This document shows positions 13,968 to 24,300 of a DNA stretch of 64,000 bases, piece by piece. Under the pieces are notes generated by a model. The model saw nothing but the letters and a program-made list of their open reading frames with translations. It was not told where the DNA came from and searched no databases. This DNA is from Auanema rhodensis (taxonomy: Eukaryota; Animalia; Nematoda): contig OZ059899.1 in NCBI GenBank assembly GCA_964057225.1, positions 9,238,001 to 9,302,000 on the forward strand, given 5' to 3'. The position numbers and the translations under genes were made by a program. Position 1 is the stretch's first letter. Every line of letters begins with the position of its first letter.

Positions 13968-14865
13968 TAAATTTTTTTTATTTCACTTGTCATTCATAAA
14001 AATCGAATTTATTTTTTTCAATGATTTTTTTTTGCAATGTTTCATAAGAATTACACAGTTGAACAAAACGTTTTTTAAGAATTTTCTTTGTTGTCAACAT
14101 ATATATTTTCCTGGAATTCGAAAGCATTTGGGATGGAAATTAGAAAGAAAAGAACTAGTTTTTCCTACTTTAAAACAAACAATAAGAAATAAAATGAAAA
14201 AGATTGTTAGATATCCAATTTAAACTTATACATTTACTTCGATAAAGAGCCTATTAGATTGAAATTTTATGTCTTACAGTTCTCCAACAGAACAGACTGA
14301 TCCTGATTTCTCTATGATTACATAAAACAATATCGAATCTAGTGATATTGTAGAGAAATGTAATGTCAGCTTCATAGCTTTTCTCTTGATTTCTCTCATC
14401 ACAATTGTCTTAGTTTTTTTCTCATAAGAGTTTCTGAAATCTCAGTTAAACAAGGCCGTATATAATTTCCTGGAATTCGAAAGCATTTGGGATGGAATTT
14501 AGAAAAAAAAAGAACTAGTTTTTCCTACTCTAAAACAAACAATAAGAAATAAAATGAAAAAGATTGTTAGATATCCAATTTAAACTTATACATTTACTTC
14601 GATAAAGAGCCTATTAGTTTGAAATTTTATGTCTTACAGTTCTTCAACAGAACAGACTGATCCTGATTTTTCTACGATTACATAAAACTCTCGTTTGATA
14701 TAAAAAAAGGAGAGGAATAACGTTTCCAGGATGTCAAGGATATCGAATCTAGTGATATTGTAGAAAAATGTAATGTCAGCTCCATAGGTTTTCTCCTAAT
14801 TTCTCTCATCACAATTGTCTTAGTTTTTTTTTCTCATAAGAGTTTCTGAAATCTTAGTTGAACAA

Positions 14866-14938
14866 GGCCGCGTGGCGCAATGGATAACGCGTCTGCCTAC
14901 GGAGCAGAAGATTGTAGGTTCGAATCCTGCCGTGGTCG
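14866..14938 (+). tRNA. tRNA-Arg(ACG)
   Basis: Consensus copy. Confidence 0.95.
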
Positions 14939-15835
14939 TAAATTTTTTTTATTTCACTTGTCATTCATAAAAATCGAATTTATTTTTTTCAATGATTTTT
15001 TTTTTCAATGTGTCATGAGAATTACACAGTTGAACGAAACGTTTTTTAAGAATTTTCTTTGTTGTCAACATATATATTCTCCTGGAATTCGAAAGCATTT
15101 GGGATGGAAATTAGAAAGAAAAGAACTAGTTTTTCCTACTTTAAAACAAACAATAAGAAATAAAATGAAAAAGATTGTTAAATATCCAATTTAAACTTAT
15201 ACATTTACTTCGATAAAGAGCCTATTAGATTGAAATTTTATGTCTTACAGTTCTCCAACAGAACAGACTGATCCTGATTTCTCTATGATTACATAAAACG
15301 ATATCGAATCTAGTGATATTGTAGAGAAATGTAATGTCAGCTTCATAGCTTTTCTCTTGATTTCTCTCATCACAATTGTCTTAGTTTTTTTCTCATAAGA
15401 GTTTCTGAAATCTCAGTTAAACAAGGCCGTATAAAATTTCCTGTAATTCGAAAGAATTTGGGATGGAATTTAGAAAGAAAAGAACTAGTTTTTCCACCTT
15501 TAAAACAAACAATAAGAAATAAAATGAAAAAGATTGTTAGATATCCAATTTAAACTTATACATTTACTTCGATAAAGAGCCTATTAGTTTGAAATTTTAT
15601 GTCTTACAGTTCTCCAACAGAACAGACTGATCCTGATTTTTCTACGATTACATAAAACTCTCGTTTGATATAAAAAAAGGAGAGGAATAACGTTTCCAGG
15701 ATGTCAAGGATATCGAATCTAGTGATATTGTAGAAAAATGTAATGTCAGCTCCATAGGTTTTCTCCTAATTTCTCTCATCACAATTGTCTTAGTTTTTTT
15801 TTCTCATAAGAGTTTCTGAAATCTTAGTTGAACAA

Positions 15836-15908
15836 GGCCGCGTGGCGCAATGGATAACGCGTCTGCCTACGGAGCAGAAGATTGTAGGTTCGAATCCTGC
15901 CGTGGTCG
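15836..15908 (+). tRNA. tRNA-Arg(ACG)
   Basis: Consensus copy. Confidence 0.95.
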
Positions 15909-16856
15909 TAAATTTTTTTCATTTCACTTGTCATTCATAAAAATCGAATTTATTTTTTTCAATGATTTTTTTTTGCAATGTGTCATAAAAATTACACAGT
16001 TGAACAAAACGTTTTTTAAGTGTTTTCTTTGTTGTCAACATATATATTTTCCTGGAATTCGAAAGCATTTAGGATGGAAATTAGAAAGAAAAGAACTAGT
16101 TTTTCCTACTTTAAAACAAACAATAAGAAATAAAATGAAAAAGATTGTTAGATATCCAATTTAAACTTATACATTTACTTCGATAAAGAGCCTATTAGAT
16201 TGAAATTTTATGTCTTACAGTTCTCCAACAGAACAGACTGATCCTGATTTCTCTATGATTACATAAAACTCCCGTTTGATATAAAAAAAGGAGAGGAATA
16301 ACGTTTCCAGGATGTCAAGGATATCGAATCTAGTGATATTGTAGAAAAATGTAATGTCAGCTCCATAGGTTTTCACCTAACTTCTCTCATCACAATTGTT
16401 TTAGTTTTTTTTCTCATAAGAGTTTCTGAAATCTTAGGTGAACAAGGCCGTATATAATTTCCTGGAATTCGAAAGCATTTGGGATGGAATTTAGAAAAAA
16501 AAGAACTAGTTTTTCCTACTTTAAAACAAACAATAAGAAATAAAATGAAAAAGATTGTTAGATATCCAATTTAAACTTATACATTTACTTCGATAAAGAG
16601 CCTATTAGTTTGAAATTTTATGTCTTACAGTTCTCCAACAGAACAGACTGATCCTGATTTTTCTACGATTACATAAAACTCTCGTTTGATATAAAAAAAG
16701 GAGAGGAATAACGTTTCCAGGATGTCAAGGATATCGAATCTAGTGATATTGTAGAAAAATGTAATGTCAGCTCCATAGGTTTTCTCCTAATTTCTCTCAT
16801 CACAATTGTCTTAGTTTTTTTTTCTCATAAGAGTTTCTGAAATCTTAGTTGAACAA

Positions 16857-16929
16857 GGCCGCGTGGCGCAATGGATAACGCGTCTGCCTACGGAGCAGAA
16901 GATTGTAGGTTCGAATCCTGCCGTGGTCG
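16857..16929 (+). tRNA. tRNA-Arg(ACG)
   Basis: Consensus copy. Confidence 0.95.
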
Positions 16930-17826
16930 TAAATTTTTTTTATTTCACTTGTCATTCATAAAAATCGAATTTATTTTTTTCAATGATTTTTTTTTGCAAT
17001 GTTTCATAAGAATTACACAGTTGAACAAAACGTTTTTTAAGAATTTTCTTTGTTGTCAACATATATATTTTCCTGGAATTCGAAAGCATTTGGGATGGAA
17101 ATTAGAAAGAAAAGAACTAGTTTTTCCTACTTTAAAACAAACAATAAGAAATAAAATGAAAAAGATTGTTAGATATCCAATTTAAACTTATACATTTACT
17201 TCGATAAAGAGCCTATTAGATTGAAATTTTATGTCTTACAGTTCTCCAACAGAACAGACTGATCCTGATTTCTCTATGATTACATAAAACAATATCGAAT
17301 CTAGTGATATTGTAGAGAAATGTAATGTCAGCTTCATAGCTTTTCTCTTGATTTCTCTCATCACAATTGTCTTAGTTTTTTTCTCATAAGAGTTTCTGAA
17401 ATCTCAGTTAAACAAGGCCGTATATAATTTCCTGGAATTCGAAAGCATTTGGGATGGAATTTAGAAAAAAAAGAACTAGTTTTTCCTACTTTAAAACAAA
17501 CAATAAGAAATAAAATGAAAAAGATTGTTAGATATCCAATTTAAACTTATACATTTACTTCGATAAAGAGCCTATTAGTTTGAAATTTTATGTCTTACAG
17601 TTCTTCAACAGAACAGACTGATCCTGATTTTTCTACGATTACATAAAACTCTCGTTTGATATAAAAAAAGGAGAGGAATAACGTTTCCAGGATGTCAAGG
17701 ATATCGAATCTAGTGATATTGTAGAAAAATGTAATGTCAGCTCCATAGGTTTTCTCCTAATTTCTCTCATCACAATTGTCTTAGTTTTTTTTTCTCATAA
17801 GAGTTTCTGAAATCTTAGTTGAACAA

Positions 17827-17899
17827 GGCCGCGTGGCGCAATGGATAACGCGTCTGCCTACGGAGCAGAAGATTGTAGGTTCGAATCCTGCCGTGGTCG
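17827..17899 (+). tRNA. tRNA-Arg(ACG)
   Basis: Consensus copy. Confidence 0.95.
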
Positions 17900-18437
17900 T
17901 AAATTTTTTTTATTTCACTTGTCATTCATAAAAATCGAATTTATTTTTTTCAATGATTTTTTTTTGCAATGTGTCATAAGAATTACACAGTTGAACAAAA
18001 CGTTTTTTAAGAATTTTCTTTGTTGTCAACATATATATTTTCCTGGAATTCGAAAGCATTTGGGATGGAAATTAGAAAGAAAAGAACTAGTTTTTCCTAC
18101 TTTAAAACAAACAATAAGAAATAAAATGAAAAAGATTGTTAGATATCCAATTTAAACTTATACATTTACTTCGATAAAGAGCCTATTAGATTGAAATTTT
18201 ATGTCTTACAGTTCTCCAACAGAACAGACTGATCCTGATTTCTCTATGATTACATAAAACTCCCGTTTTATATGAAAAAAGGAGAGGAATAACGTTTCCA
18301 GGATGTCAAGGATATCGAATCTAGTGATATTATAGAGAAATGTAATGTCAGCTTCATAGCTTTTCTCTTGATTTCTCTCATCACAATTGTCTTAGTTTTT
18401 TTTCCTCATAAGAGTTTCTGAAATCTTAGTTGAACAA

Positions 18438-18510
18438 GGCCGCGTGGCGCAATGGATAACGCGTCTGCCTACGGAGCAGAAGATTGTAGGTTCGATTCCT
18501 GCCGTGGTCG
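18438..18510 (+). tRNA. tRNA-Arg(ACG), A59T variant
   Basis: T loop GGTTCGATTCC, still B-box compatible. Confidence 0.93.
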
Positions 18511-19385
18511 TAAATTTTTTTTATTTCACTTGTCATTCATAAAAATCGAATTTATTTTTTTCAATGATTTTTTTTTGCAATGTGTCATAAGAATTTCACA
18601 GTTTAACAAAACGTTTTTTAAGAAGTTTTTTTGTTGTCAACATATATATTTTGCTGGAATTCGGAAGCATTTGGGATGGAAATTAGAAAGAAAAGAACTA
18701 GTTTTTCCTACTTTAAAACAAACAATAAGAAATAAAATGAAAAAGATTGTTAGATATCCAATTTGAACTTATACATTTACTTCGATAAAGAGCCTATTAG
18801 ATTGAAATTTTATGTCTTACAGTTCTCCAACAGAACAGACTGATCCTGATTTTTCTACGATTACATAAAACTCTCGTTTGATATAAAAAAAGGAGAGGAA
18901 TAACGTTTCCAGGATGTCAAGGATATCGAATCTAGTGATATTGTAGAAAAATGTAATGTCAGCTCCATAGGTTTTCACCTAACTTCTCTCATCACAATTG
19001 TTTTAGTTTTTTTTCTCATAAGAGTTTCTGAAATCTTAGGTGAACAAGGCCGTATATAATTTCCTGGAATTCGAAAGCATTTGGGATGGAATTTAGAAAA
19101 AAAAGAACTAGTTTTTCCTACTTTAAAACAAACAATAAGAAATAAAATGAAAAAGATTGTTAGATATCCAATTTAAACTTATACATTTACTTCGATAAAG
19201 AGCCTATTAGTTCGAAATTTTATGTCTTACAGTTCTCCAACAGAACAGACTGATCCTGATTTTTCTACGATTACATAAAACTCTCGTTTGATATAAAAAA
19301 AGGAGAGGAATAACGTTTCCAGGATGTCAAGGATATCGAATCTAGTGATATTGTAGAAAAATGTAATGTCAGCTCTATAGGTTTT

Positions 19386-19390
19386 CTCCT
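19386..19390 (+). other. Target-site duplication CTCCT (left copy; right copy 29161-29165)
   Basis: Uninterrupted units read GTTTTCTCCTAATTT; here CTCCT flanks both LTRs. Confidence 0.95.
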
Positions 19391-19457
19391 TGTCGCGATA
19401 AGCGAGTGAGTTTGTATAAATTTTATCTTCAACAATTGTTTTATTTGTCTCTCCTGT

Positions 19458-19490
<33 letters not shown>

Positions 19491-19743
19491 TCTTTCTTCT
19501 TTCTTCTAACTTCCTAAGTAATTTTTATCCATACCACATGTTGTGTTATACATGTGGCATGACTAACTCTTTGTTTCAGGCTGACGACCGCCCACGAGAA
19601 GAGACCAGTCTTACATTTTCAACGTTCGCAGTCAGTGATTTTATTCCGTGCTTGTCTTGTTAATTCATCAATAAACCCTTTTCTACATATTCGCTTTGTG
19701 TTTTACTTCCAACCATACTATACACTTGTGGTATATCGCCACA
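19391..19743 (+). repeat. 5' LTR (353 bp)
   Basis: Begins TGTCGCGATA, ends TATCGCCACA (9/10 terminal inverted repeat); direct repeat of 28802-29160; (CT)13 at 19465-19490. Confidence 0.97.
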
Positions 19744-19746
19744 AAT

Positions 19747-19758
19747 TGGTGCATCGGC
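19747..19758 (+). promoter_or_regulatory. Primer-binding site, complementary to tRNA-Gly(GCC) 3' end
   Basis: TGGTGCATCGGC 3 nt after the LTR; reverse complement of ...GCCGATGCACCA, the invertebrate tRNA-Gly(GCC) 3' end as recalled; does not match the array's tRNA-Arg (would be TGGCGACCACGG). Confidence 0.85.
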
Positions 19759-20031
19759 TAGTTTAGATCTTAGCCGCTTTAAGTCCCGCGTGGCAGGTGA
19801 GATACAAGTCGAACCAAGCGTGTTTGTGCAAAAAACATACTTAATAAAAATCGTGGCGATCATAAGTCCACGTCAAGTCACACCAAACAGACTTGAACAA
19901 TAAGCAAACTCTGAAATTAGAAACAGAGGTTTCAATTTCCTTACGTTCACATATACTGTGATCACCAAACAAACAAAGAAAAAAGAAAACAAAAAAGGAA
20001 TATAAGCATTATTCCTACATCTACAACAAAA

Positions 20032-21377
20032 ATGTCACTCCTTTTTGTCAATCATATCAAACAATCTAACCAGTTTCTTGGAGAACTGCTTACACGATAC
20101 GAGATGGAAGTGAAGGACCTTCCTGGTATTCTGGTAGATTGCGACTTCCACACTGAGGAAGAAGAGGAAACCCTCTCTTGCCTTATCATTCGCTGGACAA
20201 AAGTCCAACACCAATTCAAAGAATCGTTGAAAAATCATCAAGATAACAAGAAAAAATTCCAAAAATTTTAAGAAGCATCAAACAAAACGCTTCGTAAAGC
20301 ATTAGACGAACAGTACATCGCCTTCACATCCGATGAAGACTTTGAACCCAACATTAAAAAGGTTCAAAACGCCATTATTGAGCTTGACGAACACATCATG
20401 AAAGCCGAACGCATACTTAGAAAGCTGAGAAAAACGCTTCATAAGAATGAATCTGAGCACAACAGCAATTGCTCAACAGAAAACAATGAAACAGAAAACA
20501 AATCGAATGATCAATTTCTGGAAATTATCAAGTCATTCCTACACATCCAACAAACTAGCATCCAAAAACCAGCGATGTCGCTACCTACATTTGATGGCAA
20601 ACCAGAGAACTTCAAATCATTCTGGGGCCGTTTTGATAGACTTGTTCATGATAATGAACAGTTTACAACCTTAGAAAAGGTAAACCTACTCTGTGAAAGC
20701 CTCAAAGGCGATTCACAAATAGCAATCAGAGGAATAGAACCCTCTGCTCAAAATTATGAGCTCATGCGTGAAGCATTAGTTTCTGAATTTGGAGACTATT
20801 CGTCGGATATCAACTCTCTTTTAACACAACTACGTAATTTGAGATTTGCAAGCAATAATGCAAAATCATGTAAAGAAACATTTGGGGAAACCAAGGCACT
20901 TATCAGGCAAATTGAAGCAGCCGGAGCTACAGTATCCCGCGAAATGTGTACCGCGATGATTCTCAACAAATTCCCATACCACATCGTGGAAGACATTCTA
21001 ATTTATCCAAACAACTACCATTCCACTAAAGAAATGCTGACAGCTGTAGACCACAAAATCTATTCCTTTTTTCTAAAAGAACAAACAAGAAATAGTCATG
21101 AACAAAAGTTTCGAAATCCCAAAGAGAATGTCACATCTGTAGCACATAAAGAAAACTCCGTAGAACAACGGAAAACCCAAACTGGCCATGTGTTTTCTGC
21201 GACTCATCCGAACATCGCTTTTATCATTGCACCACATTTGAAACACCAGAGAAAAGAAGACACCGCATCCGCGGAAAGGCCATCTGTTGGATTTGTTTTT
21301 CCGAGAAACACAAAAGTTCCGAATGCAGAAAACAAAAATGTCGAAATTGCCAAGGAGACCATAATTCCTCCTTGTGC
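20032..21377 (+). pseudogene. gag: BEL/Pao gag, disrupted (in-frame TAA 20269-20271; -1 frame change between ~21150 and 21183)
   Basis: AAAATG start; ORFs 20032-20271 and 20398-21456 are in the same frame with open codons between; LPTFDGKPENFKSFWGRF...EKVNLLCESLKG = DUF1759-type capsid; Zn knuckles CVFC-H-C/CWIC-H-C/CRNC-H-C (21189-21377) lie in the pol frame. Confidence 0.85.
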
Positions 21378-24300
21378 TCACAAGGAAGAAAAAACGTGCA
21401 AAATATCCAAAAAGATAAAGAAACTCCCACAATTAAAAAAGATCAGGCTTTACTGATCACCACAGAAGAATTATTGAATAAAAAAACAACAGAATATAAA
21501 CAAGAATCTGACACTAATAATCGAATCCCTACTGAGGCACTTAATGCACCAGTATCGCTTAATCACATTGCCGACACACATAATATTGAAGAAAGTCAAG
21601 TAATATTACGAACAGCAATGGCGAACATATACAACCACAATAGTAAAAAATATGAGCAAGTACGCATGCTCATAGATGAAGGATCCATGAGATCTTTTAT
21701 ATCCAAGGACTTATCCACTAAGTTAGGATTGCCCATCCTTGGTTCTCAAAAGAAAACCTTTTACGGTATCGGAGCATTGTCCGAAACGCACGAAGTTCAG
21801 GACGTAAAGGTAATTATTGGAACCTCAAGTGGATCCCTTATCGTAACAAAACTATTCACCAAACCCATGTTAACCACACCCATACGTTGTCCAAAACTAT
21901 CTAAAGAAGACTTGAAATTTATAAAGACAAGAAAAATAAAATTAGCCAATCCACAAACAAACGGAGAATCATTTACTCCGGATATACTGATAGGTATGGA
22001 TAGATACAAACTGTTCATGCATTTAAACGAAGAAACCGAACTCCCCTCACGTATGAGATTGAAAAATTCGGTATTCGGCCACATGATACATGGAGAAGCT
22101 CCTCTTCCCGATGATAATACACAACAAGAAGTAATATTATGCTCTACAGTAGAAGAAATAACAAAAGAAACCTCTCATAAAGAACTCCTCACTAATCTGT
22201 TTGAACTGGATTCTATCGGCATCAATACAGAAAATGCCAACGCAGACCGCACTATTGATTACTATGAAGAATACTCAAAAGATATAAAAATTGAGAACAA
22301 CCGCATTATTGCACCGTTCCCGTTAAAAAATAACTTCAAAAATCTTAAAAACAACAAAATGCCCGCGTACCATAGATTCGTATCCCTATGGCGAAAGTTA
22401 CTGCACAATCCAGAAATGCTCTCACACTATACTACAACCATTGAAAGTTACCTCAAAGATAACATTGTCGAACAAATTCCCAACAATCACCAGGAGCCTT
22501 TAGAGTTTTATATGCCCCACCATGGGGTTTGGAAGCCCAGCAAGGCTAACCCTCTCAGAATCGTTTTTGACGCCTCCGCTAAACAGAAAGACAGCCCATC
22601 GTTGAATGAGATAATACACACAGGACGATCATTTATCACATATATACACGACATCATGATCTCCTGCAGAACAAGACCAATATTAATAACATGCGATATC
22701 AAAGCCGCATTTTTACAAATACAACTGACAGAGAATCACAAAAATCTATGCAAATTCTTTTGGATAAAAAACAAAGAATACCCAATATCTCACAATAATA
22801 TCATAACCCTTCGATTCAACAGATTACCGTTCGGTATCACTGCATCCCCCAGCGTATTGAACATGGGCATAAAATGGTTCTTAGAATCAAAAGTAGACAA
22901 CCCATTAGCTATGGAAATACTGAACAACTTATACGTTGACAATATCATTCTTACAGCAAATACAACAGCAGAAGCTATAAAGAAATGTAAAGAAACCCAA
23001 AAACTATTTACAGAAATAAACATGCATGTTCGCGAATTCTTGTCAAACGACGAACAAGTAATACAGAACCTTCCTGAAGAAGACAGATATCCGAACATGA
23101 CAACCAAAATACTTGGCATATCTTTTAATAAAGAACACGACTCCTTCATTATCCCAATAAAAATAACAACGACTCACACAAGTTACACCAAGAGAATTCT
23201 ACTCAGTCAGCTACACTCAATATTTGATCCCATTGGATTAGCAGCACCATTACTGTTACCTCTGAAACTTATCTTGCGAGAAATCATAAACACAAAATTA
23301 TCATGGGACCAACCCATTGAATCAGATAATATCAAACAATGGGAACAACATATTAATCACATTAACAATCAGCAATTGACCATGAAAAGATATTTTAAAT
23401 TCTCTGAACATAAAACACAGTTATGGGTCTTTGCTGACGCAAGCAACCAAGCCATGGCCGCATGTTCATATTTCCAAACAAACGAGCAGATTAGTTCTCT
23501 GCTCAACGGTAAATCCCGCGTAGCACCCAAAAATAAGACCACAATTCCTCGATTAGAATTATTAGCCATCCGCTTAGCAGTACGAATGGCATTAGCTATT
23601 GTAACCATATGCCCGAAAGTGGCAAAAGTCAACATTGTAAGCGATAGCAACATCGCGCTATCATGGATTATTTCTCTAAAATCCCTCCCACTGTTCATTA
23701 AAAATCAAACAAACATTATAAATAAACAGCTACACCAAATCAAACAAGTATGTTGCAATGTAGAATTACATCATGTACAAACCTCGTACAATACTGCAGA
23801 CATCGGATCCCGAGGTGCAGACATCGAGAAACTACAAGATTCCGACTGGATAAAGGGTCCACATTGGTTAACTAAACTTTCCGCTCATAACCCTCTGACA
23901 TCATTCGGCTCGCCTAAGAACTCTAACAGGAATAACGCAGAATCAGAATCGGAGCATCACAATGTGGTCCACATAATTATAGACAATCTTCCAACCGATG
24001 ATATTTGGAACATTCGTGAAAACTATGATGATGTGATCAAAACAATGACAACCGTAGGAAAATTATTCAAAAAATGGTTTCTTAAAGTCCATCCTAACAA
24101 CGCCAACAAGTTGCAAAAAATAAAACATCTCACATCAACAGACACGAATACTGTTGAAGACATCAACATAATTGAAAAAATTTTGATCAGTAACAGCCAA
24201 TCTAATATGAGCCTCGATGAGCTACAGCAAAGAAATATAAATTTAAAATTCTTCAAAGATACATGGGACATTTATCGCGTAAGAAGTCGTGTACAAAATA

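Larger units (their letters stand above)
1..19390 (+). repeat. tRNA-Arg(ACG) tandem array, left arm (18 tRNA genes; units of ~610/560/410/360 bp), continues beyond window start
   Basis: Same spacer motifs (GGAATTCGAAAGCATTTGGGATGG, CCAACAGAACAGACTGATCCTGA, GATATCGAATCTAGTGATATTG) recur head-to-tail; tRNA spacing mostly ~970 bp. Confidence 0.98.

Noticed and set aside
1-19390. CRISPR-like repeat/spacer array
   Set aside because: Spacers are themselves near-identical and hundreds of bp long, the conserved part is a tRNA, and there are no cas genes
17827-19390. Insertion acting as barrier between two array subfamilies
   Set aside because: The switch in flank variants occurs before the insertion site and the insertion is too young to explain it
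19406-19663. 85/87-aa LTR ORFs
   Set aside because: GTG start is the putative splice donor; hydrophobicity comes from the (CT)n tract
19786-19794. CCGCGTGGC in the leader equals tRNA-Arg nt 3-11
   Set aside because: A 9-nt same-sense match is expected by chance in a 10-kb element; the PBS is Gly-type
21170-21176. GGAAAAC as programmed slippery site
   Set aside because: Not a true XXXYYYZ and phased to the pol frame rather than the gag frame
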